DNA from: an uncultured Clostridium sp.
Lineage (GTDB): Bacteria > Bacillota > Clostridia > TANB77 > CAG-508
Assembly: GCA_946639585.1 (NCBI GenBank)
Contig: CAMPBS010000004.1
Location: 5,765-69,764 of the forward strand
DNA length: 64,000 nucleotides
Reading direction: 5' to 3'
Made by a program: the position numbers and the translations under genes. Of this stretch, positions 9,734-19,168 are shown piece after piece; positions within the stretch are counted from its first letter, which is position 1, and every line of letters starts with the position of its first letter. The notes under the pieces were generated by a model that was not told where the DNA came from, did not search any database, and worked only from the letters and a program-made list of their open reading frames with translations.

Positions 9734-10555
9734 TTAGTCATGAATTATTTTTTCTATTATACTAAATAAAATAAATAAAACTAAGTTTACGATTACAATC
9801 ATTGCTCCTGTGCTTATATTGTATATGTAAGATAAGTATATTCCTATTAAGAATGAAATAACACTTATTATTGCTGAGCTTATTATTACTTTTTTGAATG
9901 ATTTGAATATTCTCATTGATGTTAATGCTGGGAAGATGATTATACTACTTATTAGCATAACTCCCATCATTCTCATACCTACAACTATTATTAATGCTGT
10001 TAATACTGCGATTATATTTGTGTATCTATTGGCTTTTAAGCCACTTGCTTTTGCAAAGTTTTCATCAAATGTTACTACAAATAGTTTTCTATAATAGATT
10101 ATAAATAAAACTGCTACTATAATACTAACAATAATACTTAAAATTACATCTGCTTGACTCATAGCAAGTATACTTCCAAACATGAAATTACATACATCTG
10201 TGTTCATCCCTGTTGAAAGTGACGTTGCTGCTACTCCTATTGCTAACGCAGAGCTTGATATTAATGCAATTGCACTATCGCTTTTTATTCTGCTGTTGTT
10301 CCCAATTTTTAACAAGATTATTGCTGATATTGTAACACATGGAATTGCTATGTAAAGCGGTGTTGCGGCTCCAAATGCTGTTGCAACAGTTAAAACTCCA
10401 AATCCAACATGTGATAGTCCATCACCTATCATACTATATCTTTTTAAGACAAGACTAACTCCTAAAAGTGCTGCACATAAACTTATTAAAACTCCTACTA
10501 ATACAGCTCTTTGAATAAATATATGTGACATCATTTCTGCTACATTTTGTATCAT
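9734..10555 (-). CDS. znuB: Zinc/manganese ABC transporter permease (ZnuB/AdcB family)
   Basis: 273 aa polytopic ABC-3 family permease. Overlaps the ATPase gene stop by 1 nt. Confidence 0.85.
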   Translation of the reverse strand: MIQNVAEMMSHIFIQRAVLVGVLISLCAALLGVSLVLKRYSMIGDGLSHVGFGVLTVATAFGAATPLYIAIPCVTISAIILLKIGNNSRIKSDSAIALISSSALAIGVAATSLSTGMNTDVCNFMFGSILAMSQADVILSIIVSIIVAVLFIIYYRKLFVVTFDENFAKASGLKANRYTNIIAVLTALIIVVGMRMMGVMLISSIIIFPALTSMRIFKSFKKVIISSAIISVISFLIGIYLSYIYNISTGAMIVIVNLVLFILFSIIEKIIHD

Positions 10556-11274
10556 TATTCAGCACCTCCATCTTTTTTATCTTCATCATGATGATGGCAA
10601 GGACATTCACAGTGTTCATTATGATATTTTTCTACATTTCCATTATAAGTAACTTCGCCATTTACAATCTCTATAACATTATCAGCATAATTTAAAGCTC
10701 TTTCTATATCATGTGAAACCATTAGCACTGTAATGTTTTCTTCTTTCTTTAATTTATCTAATAATTCATAAATTTGTTTTGCAATACTTGGATCTAATCC
10801 GTTGGTTGGTTCATCTAATACAATTATACTTTTTGTAGCGCATAATGCTCTTGCTATTAGAACTCTTTGTTGTTGTCCACCAGATAAATCTGCAAAACAT
10901 GTTTTTCTTACATCATAAATTCCAAGCTTTTTCATAACGTTTTTGGCATTTTCTTTGTCTTCTTTTTTATAAAAAATACTTCTTACATTATTTGAAATTG
11001 TACCAGAAAGTACTACTTCTTCTATTGTTGCTGGAAAATGTGCTTGTATTTCGCTTTTTTGTGGTAAATATCCAATGTGTTGTTCTTTTATTATTTCTCC
11101 TGAATATCCCTTATTCAAGCCTAATATACATTTTAATAATGTACTTTTTCCTGAACCATTTTCACCAACTATGCATGTAAATTTTCCTTGCTCTACGTTT
11201 ATGTTTATGTTTTTTAATGTATCCTTTTTAGTAGGATAACTGAAACTTAGATTTTTTATTTGAATTAGATCCAT
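10555..11274 (-). CDS. znuC: Zinc ABC transporter ATPase with Cys/His-rich C-terminal tail
   Basis: Walker A GENGSGKST, signature LSGGQQQR, Walker B ILDEP. The tail is HNEHCECPCHHHDEDKK. Confidence 0.9.
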   Translation of the reverse strand: MDLIQIKNLSFSYPTKKDTLKNININVEQGKFTCIVGENGSGKSTLLKCILGLNKGYSGEIIKEQHIGYLPQKSEIQAHFPATIEEVVLSGTISNNVRSIFYKKEDKENAKNVMKKLGIYDVRKTCFADLSGGQQQRVLIARALCATKSIIVLDEPTNGLDPSIAKQIYELLDKLKKEENITVLMVSHDIERALNYADNVIEIVNGEVTYNGNVEKYHNEHCECPCHHHDEDKKDGGAE

Positions 11275-11304
11275 TTTTTACCTCTTTTTTTTAATAATTA
11301 TATT

Positions 11305-11443
11305 AATCTAAATATATAATTTGTAAATCCTTGGTGTCGCAATTTCCATATTTTAAAATACTAGTATGTAAATTGCTCCAGTCGCCCTGCGCTTCGCTAC
11401 GGTTGGTCGCTTACGCGGATTTACAAATTTATATATTTAGATT
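11305..11443 (-). repeat. Palindromic GC-core element, family A, copy 2 (139 bp), inside the zinc operon
   Basis: Arms AATCTAAATATATAATTTGTAAATCC / GGATTTACAAATTTATATATTTAGATT. The core is the reverse complement of copy 1 with a few substitutions. Lies between the znuA stop and the znuC start. Confidence 0.75.
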
Positions 11444-12513
11444 TATTGTAATGCTTGTTTTAGAACTAAAACATTTCGTTCCATCAAAGAAACCCATGTT
11501 TCTCCCTTGTTGAAATCATCTAAAGAAACATTGTGTAAGCTTTGTATTTGCATTGCTTTGCATCCATTTCCTGCTTCATCTGCAATTGTTTTTGCTACTT
11601 TTCCATCATTCATTTCAATATATAAAACTACTGGGATTTTGTCTTGTTTTACTTTGTTTTCTAAATAAGCTATTGTTTTTGCAGATGGATCAGTTTCTGT
11701 GCTACATCCATTAAATGCTGCGCTTACTTCTAATTTATAATAATTTATAAAGTATTGCATTGGCATTTTATCACCAAATATTAATCTATTTCTAACTCTT
11801 TTGTTTACTACTTCTTGTATTCTTTTGTCTACATCTTGTATTTTTGCTATATATTTTTGAGCATTTGCTTGGTATTTTTCTTTGTTTTCACCATCTATTT
11901 GTTCCATTGCTTGTTCTAGTTTGTTTACCATTTTTATTGCATTTGAAGGTGATGTCCAAATATGTTCATCAAAAGCTCCTTCTTCATGTTCGTGATGATG
12001 TTCTTCTTTTTCTTCGTCTTCATGTTCTTCAGCCTCGTGTTCATGTTCCTCTTTTTCTTCTTCGTGTTCGTGTTCTTCTTCACCATGTTCGTGATGATGT
12101 CCTTCCTCTTCCTCAGCTCCATCAACTTCTTGTTCCTCTATTGTATCAACGAAGTTTGCAATACAAATTGTTTCTACATCTTTTTCTTCTTCTAATGAAT
12201 CTAGAACCTTATCTGCCCATTTTTCCATTTCTCCACCAATATATACAAATAAATCTGCATTTTGGATTGTTGTTAAGTCTTTTGCTGTTGGATCATAACT
12301 GTGAGCATCTTTTCCAGGTCCTAATAAGAATGTTAATTCAACATTTTCATTATCTCCTATTATTGCTCTTAGAAAATCATAACTTGCAAAATTACTTGCA
12401 ACAACTTGTTTTTTGCTTGTATCTTTCTTTTTATTATCTCCCATATTAAATAGTGCAAAACCCGCACCTACAACTATTAAAATAGCTAAAATTGTTAATA
12501 TTATTTTTTTCAT
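11443..12513 (-). CDS. znuA: Zinc ABC transporter substrate-binding lipoprotein with His/Glu-rich loop (ZnuA/AdcA family)
   Basis: Signal/TM N-terminus, cluster-9 SBP fold sequence, and a long GHHHEHGEEEHEHEEEKEEHEHEAEEHEDEEKEEHHHEHEE insert. Confidence 0.9.
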   Translation of the reverse strand: MKKIILTILAILIVVGAGFALFNMGDNKKKDTSKKQVVASNFASYDFLRAIIGDNENVELTFLLGPGKDAHSYDPTAKDLTTIQNADLFVYIGGEMEKWADKVLDSLEEEKDVETICIANFVDTIEEQEVDGAEEEEGHHHEHGEEEHEHEEEKEEHEHEAEEHEDEEKEEHHHEHEEGAFDEHIWTSPSNAIKMVNKLEQAMEQIDGENKEKYQANAQKYIAKIQDVDKRIQEVVNKRVRNRLIFGDKMPMQYFINYYKLEVSAAFNGCSTETDPSAKTIAYLENKVKQDKIPVVLYIEMNDGKVAKTIADEAGNGCKAMQIQSLHNVSLDDFNKGETWVSLMERNVLVLKQALQ

Positions 12514-12561
12514 TATTATCCTCCATTTTTTAAACTTTATTTTTGGTTTGAGATATTTTCC

Positions 12562-12861
12562 CTATTCATTCAATTGTACTTTATCAAATATTAAAGTTTT
12601 TTGTAGCGATATTATTTTTTCTTTTTTTATTTTATCTAACATTACAAAAATAAGAAAACCTATAAATGCCAATAAAATAATAGCATGTACAATGGTAATA
12701 AAATTTCGTGCTATTTGAATTATTTGACATTTTGCGCAATGCTCTTCATGGCAACTTTCTAAATGATGTTCATCTTGCGATACAATAACCATAAATAATA
12801 ATGAAATGCATATAACTGTTATTAACAAATATTTAATTGTTTTTAATAATTTATTATTCAT
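12562..12861 (-). CDS. Small two-TM membrane protein with HHLESCHEEHCAKC metal-ligand-like motif
   Basis: Start moved to MNNKLLK (RBS GAAGGTG 6 nt upstream). Lies between zur and znuA. No family recognised. Confidence 0.45.
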   Translation of the reverse strand: MNNKLLKTIKYLLITVICISLLFMVIVSQDEHHLESCHEEHCAKCQIIQIARNFITIVHAIILLAFIGFLIFVMLDKIKKEKIISLQKTLIFDKVQLNE

Positions 12862-12878
12862 TGTATCACCTTCCTTTT

Positions 12879-13268
12879 TTATTCTAAACAATCATCACAT
12901 AAGCCATAAATCATATTGTTATGGTCTAGATTAAACTTGTGCTCTGCTTTTATATGATTACTAACATTTTCAAATTCTTCACAATGTAAATGTATTGTTT
13001 TCCCACATTTTTTGCACTTTAAGTGAAAATGATTGCTACATTTTGAAGAAATGTATTGATAATGTTTTGTATGATTTATAATTTCTGTTCTTACACTATT
13101 GCTTTCTTCTAATATTTTTAAAAATCTATAAATTGTTGTTAATCCTACTATTTGATTTTTCTTTTTCAAATATTCCATTATTTGTTCTGCGTTAACAAAT
13201 TTATTTTCATTTTCTATTAAATAATCTTTTATTATTTTCCTCTGTTCTGTGTTATAGCTACTTTTCAA
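12879..13268 (-). CDS. zur: Fur-family metalloregulator, Zur by operon context
   Basis: 129 aa with an N-terminal winged helix and paired CxxC motifs (CKKCGK, CDDC). TTG start with a GGAGG RBS. First gene of the zinc uptake operon. Confidence 0.8.
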   Translation of the reverse strand: MKSSYNTEQRKIIKDYLIENENKFVNAEQIMEYLKKKNQIVGLTTIYRFLKILEESNSVRTEIINHTKHYQYISSKCSNHFHLKCKKCGKTIHLHCEEFENVSNHIKAEHKFNLDHNNMIYGLCDDCLE

Positions 13269-13400
13269 TCAAATCGCCTCCAAAAGAACAATAGTGGACT
13301 TATGATAATTGCATAAGATAAAATCTAATGCAAATGTCCACGTCATTGTTCGCGCGCGAAAATTTCGAAGAAATTTTCTGTGCATTTGTATTATCTTTCA

Positions 13401-13473
13401 AATTATAGAAAATGAAATTTTCTATAATTTGAAAATCGTTTTCAATTTTATCATGTTTTGCCTGAAAAGTCAA
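13401..13473 (-). promoter_or_regulatory. Promoter of the zur operon with overlapping palindromic operators
   Basis: On the minus strand, TTGACT (13473..13468)-17-TAAAAT (13450..13445). This is followed at once by the 7-3-7 palindrome TTGAAAACGATTTTCAA (13445..13429) and the 29-nt perfect palindrome AATTATAGAAAAT-N3-ATTTTCTATAATT (13429..13401). Confidence 0.55.
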
Positions 13474-13508
13474 TAAAAGCGATTAAGTTTTTTACTTAAT
13501 CGCTTTGT

Positions 13509-13545
13509 ATTTTGGGAACGGATCCTATTTTGGGGGACGGATCCC
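13509..13545. repeat. Tandem TTTTGGG(G)ACGGATCC(C) motif
   Basis: ATTTTGGGAACGGATCC is followed by TATTTTGGGGGACGGATCCC. Related to the GGGGACCGA and GGGA-N-TCCC motifs elsewhere in the window. Confidence 0.5.
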
Positions 13546-13555
13546 TAAAATATCA

Positions 13556-14128
13556 TTATATGTTTTTATTTTTTATATAGCTACCTTCAAATTCGCTTTC
13601 GAGTATATCCATATGTAGTTTATCGTGATATTTTCCATTTAAAAATATTGCTTCTCTACTTTTGCCAGTATCTTTAAATCCACATTTTAGATAGCATTTA
13701 TGAGCTCTTTCGTTTACGTCTAGAAGATCTAGCCTTACGCTATGTAAATTTAAATATTTAAAAGCATATTCTAGTAAAAGTTTTATTGCTTCTGTACCAT
13801 ACCCGTTGCCTCTATAATTTTCGTCACCTATAAATATTCCAAGTACAGCACTTCTTGCAATCCTATTGAAATTTTCCAAACCTATTGTTCCAATTAGTTT
13901 ATCATTATTTAAATCAATAATATCAAAATTTTTATTATCGTTGTTTTTTGCAGAATTTTCAAGCCATTCTTTTTCTCCAAGTAAAGTAGTAATTTCTCCG
14001 CTTCTTCCTATATAATCACTTACTTGAAAATCGTTCATCCATTCTGTAAATTTTTCTATTTCTTCTTCTGATACTCCTTTGGGAGATAAGTATATTCTTT
14101 CTCCTACTAATTTTTTAAAGTATTTCAT
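13556..14128 (-). CDS. GNAT family N-acetyltransferase (RimJ/RimL-like)
   Basis: 190 aa with motif A YRGNGYGTEAIKLLLEYAF. Confidence 0.85.
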   Translation of the reverse strand: MKYFKKLVGERIYLSPKGVSEEEIEKFTEWMNDFQVSDYIGRSGEITTLLGEKEWLENSAKNNDNKNFDIIDLNNDKLIGTIGLENFNRIARSAVLGIFIGDENYRGNGYGTEAIKLLLEYAFKYLNLHSVRLDLLDVNERAHKCYLKCGFKDTGKSREAIFLNGKYHDKLHMDILESEFEGSYIKNKNI

Positions 14129-14159
14129 ATCTTTCTACCTCTTTTCATAATTTATTCTC

Positions 14160-14585
14160 CTATTTTTTTATTCTTCTTATCATTCCATATCCAGTAAAAT
14201 CAAATGGTATTTTTCTAAATCCACATTTTTCATAAAATGTTTCTTTTCCTTGCATTGAAACTAAATTGATACTTGCTTTCTGTCCATCTTTTGTTTTATT
14301 ATAAACTTCCTTTACAATTTCTTCAATAAGTAATTTTCCCAATCCTTTTCCTTGATATTCTTTGATTATTACAACATCAACAATTAAGTAGTATAGCCCA
14401 TCTCCAATAGCTCTCGCCATACCAACTGTTTTATCATCGACTATTATTTTTTTGACAATAACACTATTTTTTATTGCTTCAATTATTACACTTTCATCTT
14501 TTGAATCCCAACCAACTGAATTTCTTAATTGGTTGTATTCTTTTGGTAGCAGATTATTTGCTATTTTATAATCCATGTTTATCAA
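14160..14585 (-). CDS. GNAT family N-acetyltransferase
   Basis: 141 aa with EYQGKGLGKLLIEEI motif A. Confidence 0.85.
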   Translation of the reverse strand: MINMDYKIANNLLPKEYNQLRNSVGWDSKDESVIIEAIKNSVIVKKIIVDDKTVGMARAIGDGLYYLIVDVVIIKEYQGKGLGKLLIEEIVKEVYNKTKDGQKASINLVSMQGKETFYEKCGFRKIPFDFTGYGMIRRIKK

Positions 14586-14596
14586 CTCTTTTCTTT

Positions 14597-15160
14597 TTAT
14601 AATTCAAATCTATTTTTTATCAACTTTGCTACTTCTTCAGCAGAAATATTTGTATTATTTATTTTCATATAGTTTTCAAAAAGCTCTTCTCCTTGTCCAG
14701 GTTCTGAATTCAATTTATGTTTATGAATTGAATTCAATAAGTCTCTTTCGCTCCATTCTAAGTCCCTTTTTGAAGCCTTATGTTCTAACCTATTTTCTGT
14801 TTTATTTCTTCTTAATCGTTCTTCTAAGTCTGCTTCTAATTCTATTACATATGATTTATCAAATCCCTCTGTCCATTCTTCAAAATAAGCTTTGTCTTCT
14901 TCTAATTCGTATTTAAAATCAAAACAACTTGTAAAAATAATACCCTTTTCATTGCTTTTTGCAAATTCCTCAAATACCTTTGTTCTAACTACATCATTCA
15001 TCTTTCTAAAAATTTTTTGGTCATAATCAAATATTAATCTTAACATTTCAATTGTCATATGATTATAAAATAATTTATAACCTGTTAATTTTGCTAATTC
15101 TTGACCTACTGTCATTTTTCCAACAGCTTGCGGTCCACAAATCATAATAAAATTTGGCAT
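14597..15160 (-). CDS. P-loop NTPase, small-molecule kinase-like
   Basis: N-terminal GPQAVGKMT P-loop, 187 aa. Size and layout resemble shikimate/chloramphenicol phosphotransferase-type kinases. Confidence 0.6.
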   Translation of the reverse strand: MPNFIMICGPQAVGKMTVGQELAKLTGYKLFYNHMTIEMLRLIFDYDQKIFRKMNDVVRTKVFEEFAKSNEKGIIFTSCFDFKYELEEDKAYFEEWTEGFDKSYVIELEADLEERLRRNKTENRLEHKASKRDLEWSERDLLNSIHKHKLNSEPGQGEELFENYMKINNTNISAEEVAKLIKNRFEL

Positions 15161-15190
15161 TTCAATCTCCTCCTTAATTATTTCTTTTTA

Positions 15191-15775
15191 TCATCTGAGT
15201 TCTATTTTTTCTTCATATATATTTGAATATTTCCCAATACTCTCATTAACATTTATTATATAATCCTTTACGATACAATTAGAATATTCATCATCGAAAT
15301 ATTCTTTTATCATTTGTCCACCTAAATCTTCCATAGTTTTCCATGATGCTGGGTTGTCCTTATCTGCATCCATCAAAACTTCTTTTATCCCGTATTTTTG
15401 ACAAATTTTTAAACCTAAATATAAATTTATTTTATTATATCCATTTCCTCTTTCGGTAGGTCTTATTGAATAGCCAATATTTCCTCCATACTTCTTCAAT
15501 CTCTCATTTAATGCTAATCTTATATTTATCATTCCAACAATTTTATTATCTTCCTTTCTTATCAGAAAATAGGTTCTTGCAGGTACTTTTTCTTCATTAG
15601 GTATTCTTTTATAATCTTCTTCTAATTTTTCTAACCAACCTTCATAGTTGTCTAAGAATCTTTGTAACCCACCTGTTCCATTTATTTCGGAATTATATGT
15701 ATAAAATTCATTTATAAATTCTATTGCTTCTTTTTTTCTTTTAATACATGGTTCTTCTAAATAAAACTTTTCCAT
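15191..15775 (-). CDS. GNAT family N-acetyltransferase
   Basis: 194 aa with RPTERGNGYNKINLYLGLK motif A region. Confidence 0.8.
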   Translation of the reverse strand: MEKFYLEEPCIKRKKEAIEFINEFYTYNSEINGTGGLQRFLDNYEGWLEKLEEDYKRIPNEEKVPARTYFLIRKEDNKIVGMINIRLALNERLKKYGGNIGYSIRPTERGNGYNKINLYLGLKICQKYGIKEVLMDADKDNPASWKTMEDLGGQMIKEYFDDEYSNCIVKDYIINVNESIGKYSNIYEEKIELR

Positions 15776-15792
15776 GTTATCACTTCCCCTTT

Positions 15793-16074
15793 TTATTTTA
15801 CAAATAGTGTCAAAATAATATATTTAGTACCTGTTTCATCCCCTCTTAGTTTGTTTATGCCTATAGTTCCTACTACTTCATTTTCTTCAATTGCAACATA
15901 ATTCTGTACCCTATTAGGATAATTCTTTTTTATTTCTTCTTCTGTAAAATGTTTTGATAATTTATCAATTATTTCTTTACCATGATCTTTTATATTTATT
16001 TCACACATATTTGTTATTATTATATCTGACATTTCTTTTGCATATTTTTCTTGATATTCTTTTATTTCAACCAT
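15793..16074 (-). pseudogene. Truncated GNAT N-terminal fragment
   Basis: The 93-aa ORF stops right before where the acetyl-CoA-binding motif A should begin (..VVGTIGINKLRGDETGTKYIILTLFVK*). Confidence 0.5.
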
Positions 16075-16094
16075 AATAATCTCTCCTGTTCTTC

Positions 16095-16190
16095 TTTTTT
16101 AATAACATTTTTATCCCAAAAAGTATAATTAAAATACCAACACCAATATTCATTATGCTTAATATATTTTCAGGTATAAAACTTGATATT
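16095..16190 (-). pseudogene. Remnant of the 3' end of a LysE-family transporter gene
   Basis: About 95 bp are highly similar to 20565..20659, the C-terminus of the intact LysE gene (..SSFIPENI..GILII.FGIKMLLKKE). No upstream part is present. Confidence 0.6.
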
Positions 16191-16211
16191 TTTTCATTAT
16201 TTACAACCCCT

Positions 16212-16730
16212 TTATAATTTGCTTAAATCATATCTATATCCTACTTCTTTATAATTCTTTCCACCTTTTTCAATTTCATTTTCTCCGTATAAAATGCCAC
16301 CCATTTTTTCATAGAATTTTCTTGAATTATAGTTTTCTTTCAAGCACCATAATATCATGTTTTTATTGTTATTTTTCTTTTGCTCTTGAATAACATAGTT
16401 AAATAATTCTTTTCCTATTCCTTGTCTTTTCAAATCAGGCTTTACATATATTGCACATAGTTCGCAATCAATATCTTTTACATCTTGTGAAAACAAATTA
16501 TTAATTGTATATCTGCAAAAACCTACTACTTCATTATTTTTTTCAGCTACAATAAATCCGTTTTCTTTATAGTCTTTAAGTCTTCTATTGTAATTATCTT
16601 CAATTTTTAGACTATCTAAAAACTCATCATCTATAATCCCTCTATATGCACTTTTCCAGCCCTCAACTACAATACTAGAAATTGACCATAAATCTTCTTT
16701 TTTTACATTTCTAATTATAATGTTTTGCAT
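16212..16730 (-). CDS. GNAT family N-acetyltransferase
   Basis: 172 aa with KRQGIGKELFNYV motif A. Confidence 0.85.
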   Translation of the reverse strand: MQNIIIRNVKKEDLWSISSIVVEGWKSAYRGIIDDEFLDSLKIEDNYNRRLKDYKENGFIVAEKNNEVVGFCRYTINNLFSQDVKDIDCELCAIYVKPDLKRQGIGKELFNYVIQEQKKNNNKNMILWCLKENYNSRKFYEKMGGILYGENEIEKGGKNYKEVGYRYDLSKL

Positions 16731-16906
16731 TTAAACTCACTCCTTAAAACTAAAATAAGCCTCACAAAAGAATCTTTTAAGACTCCTTTGCAAGACTTTT
16801 ATAATCTCACTTCGTGTAAACAACTAACTTATTTTTAATTGTCCTTTATCGCTCGGATTTATTTTTCCTAGATAAACTCTTAAATATTGTTTTATATTGT
16901 AACATA

Positions 16907-17581
16907 TTATTTGTCTTTTGTCAAATCTGTAAAATCGTGTATTATTTTATATTTTGATGTTTGTAACTCTTTATTTCTATCCATATGTAAAACTGATAGT
17001 CCTTTTTCAACTGCAATATCTAATAGTTCTTCATTATCATCTATAAATAATGCTTCATTTTCTTTTATATTAAATTCTTTTATTGGGTAATCAAATAATA
17101 CCTTGTCTTGCTTTCTTTTTCCGTATACTGAAGATATGTATATTTTTGTAAAATATTGATCTATATCATATTTTTTCAAATAATTAAATGCACATGGCCA
17201 ATTGTCTGATAACATAAGGATAGTGTATTTTTTTGATAATATTTCTAAGTCTTCTTTTACATGTTTATATAATATGTATTTAGAATCTTCTTTATCATAA
17301 ACAAAGTTGTTTACTATGTTTTCAAGATTTTCTTTTTCAATATTATAATCGATTTTCTGAAATACAGTCTTGTAAAATTCCATTATTAATTCATATTCTT
17401 CTTCCAAATTTACAGCTTGCCCATCTAGTAAGTATCTACTACTTTGTATTGCTTCTTTTAATTTGTCTTTATCTATTTTTTTCATGTCTACATTTTTTAG
17501 AAATTCATTTGTTACAAGCCAATCTCCAGTTGCTGGTTCTACTAAAACTCTTCCCATATCTAATATTAAATATTTTATCAT
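16907..17581 (-). CDS. HAD-superfamily hydrolase
   Basis: N-terminal LILDMGRVL (motif I-like), SDN (motif II region) and a C-terminal FIDDN motif. Confidence 0.7.
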   Translation of the reverse strand: MIKYLILDMGRVLVEPATGDWLVTNEFLKNVDMKKIDKDKLKEAIQSSRYLLDGQAVNLEEEYELIMEFYKTVFQKIDYNIEKENLENIVNNFVYDKEDSKYILYKHVKEDLEILSKKYTILMLSDNWPCAFNYLKKYDIDQYFTKIYISSVYGKRKQDKVLFDYPIKEFNIKENEALFIDDNEELLDIAVEKGLSVLHMDRNKELQTSKYKIIHDFTDLTKDK

Positions 17582-17603
17582 ATTCTCACTCCATTTGTTA
17601 AAA

Positions 17604-18221
17604 TTATATATTCCACTTTAAATATGCTTCTATTAAATCATAATCCATAATATCTTTTGGAATGTTTTCAGTATCAAAGAATTCTAATTGTTTTGTTTCG
17701 GAGTCACACTTTAAATTTGAAACTTTTTCATTTTTAATATCGGCTAAATATAATGATGTATTGTTATAAACAATATCCCCATTTGGATAGCTGTTTTTTC
17801 TTGTATTTCCTGACAATGTATCAATTAGTTTTATTTCGTTTGGTTCTATTTTTATCCCTGTTTCCTCATATGCTTCTCTAACTGCTGTATCTCTTAAGTC
17901 TTCTCCAAGTTCTTGGCATCCACCAGGTAATCCCCATTGATTTCTATCTGCTCTTTTTTGTAATAGTATTTGTCCTTCTTCATTTCTTATAATTATAGCT
18001 GCACCAGTTTGTATAAATGGTATGTGATTTATTCTCTCATCAAGCGACATTCTGAATAAAACTGGATAACCGCCATAATTAGCGCTTAATTCTAACAATT
18101 CTTTTTCATTTAAATTTTTAACTAACTCAACAAATTCATTATGGGAATATTCTCTCATATTCTTAAATTCCATATATATGCTAGCCTCCTTGCATGTTGC
18201 TTTTGAAATAAAGCATTTCAT
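17604..18221 (-). CDS. Nudix hydrolase
   Basis: Nudix box GGCQELGEDLRDTAVREAYEETG. The likely true start is the internal MEFKNM at 18173, which has an AGGAGG RBS. Confidence 0.85.
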   Translation of the reverse strand: MKCFISKATCKEASIYMEFKNMREYSHNEFVELVKNLNEKELLELSANYGGYPVLFRMSLDERINHIPFIQTGAAIIIRNEEGQILLQKRADRNQWGLPGGCQELGEDLRDTAVREAYEETGIKIEPNEIKLIDTLSGNTRKNSYPNGDIVYNNTSLYLADIKNEKVSNLKCDSETKQLEFFDTENIPKDIMDYDLIEAYLKWNI

Positions 18222-18238
18222 TCTTCTTTTTTATTAAA

Positions 18239-18283
18239 ATTATATATTAAAGGACGAATATTTGCAATAATTATTCGTCCTTT
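18239..18283 (-). promoter_or_regulatory. Promoter-operator cassette (copy 1): TTGCAA-17-TATAAT embedded in a 12-bp inverted repeat
   Basis: On the minus strand, -35 is at 18267..18262 and -10 at 18244..18239. The inverted repeat AAAGGACGAATA / TATTCGTCCTTT brackets the -35. A near-identical ~50-bp copy lies at 27629..27673. Confidence 0.6.
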
Positions 18284-18418
18284 TAAATCATTAAATTAAA
18301 GAATATTTTATTAGTCTATCTGTTCAGTTTCAATTCTCAAAAAATATGAACAAATGTATTGCTTTTTGTCAAAGAATATTGTATTATGATTTCAATATTA
18401 AAAAGGAGGTTTTTATCT

Positions 18419-19163
18419 TTGGATATATATTCTCAAAACATTTATGAAGTAATTCAAAATGGTACCAAAAAACACATTTTAATCATTTATAATATTTCAA
18501 AAAATCATTATGTTGGAATAACAGTACATACTATAGATGCTGAGCAATATACATATGTACAATCTATCGATAGGTTTATTGACATTAATGATTTACAAGA
18601 ATATAACAGAAAAAACATTAAACGGATTGGTCTATATTAAAGGAAAATTTTTAAGAATTAATAATAAAGAATTCTATAATATTTTAAAACTTTTAAAAGA
18701 AACTTTAATTAAAAAAATAGATAATGGAATAGATTATAAAAACATTGAAGATTTAAAATATCTAAAATGGTGCTATGATAAATTACTTTTAGATACTTCA
18801 AATAAAGGTATTTCTAAATTAAAACCAAGGTCTATATGTTGGGTTGACTTTGGACAAAACATTGGATCAGAGTTAAGGAAATTAAGACCTGCTATTTTAT
18901 GGCGTTCTTCTTCTGATAAAAAAATGTGGACCGTAATTCCTTTGAGTACAAAATGCTATAGCGATAAATATTATTTTCATTATGATATAGAAGCCTTGAA
19001 AAATAGTACTGCAAAAATAGAATCAATGGCTAATTTTAGTTATAAAAGAATCAAAGAACCTTATTTTTATAATAAAAAAATAGCACATTTAACAATAATA
19101 GATTATATTAATATAATCTTATGTTTACAAAAATATTACACATTTGCTGACCAATTTGAGTAA
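18419..19163 (+). CDS. MazF/PemK-like toxin-domain protein with a long N-terminal region; frame changes at CGG 18623..18625
   Basis: The C-terminal ~110 aa (RSICWVDFGQNIGSELRKLRPAILW...WTVIPLSTK) match the PemK/MazF fold. Frame 0 starts at TTG 18419 (GGAGG RBS) and stops 5 codons after an in-frame CGG. Skipping C18623 continues into the 18624..19163 frame. Alternatively these are two overlapping genes. Confidence 0.6.
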
Positions 19164-19168
19164 AACTA

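Noticed and set aside
11844-12449. ORFs 11844..12449, 11934..12125 and 11962..12195
   Set aside because: Alternative-frame or antisense readings of the His/Glu-rich repeat inside znuA. The compositional artefact is obvious (poly-F, poly-K).
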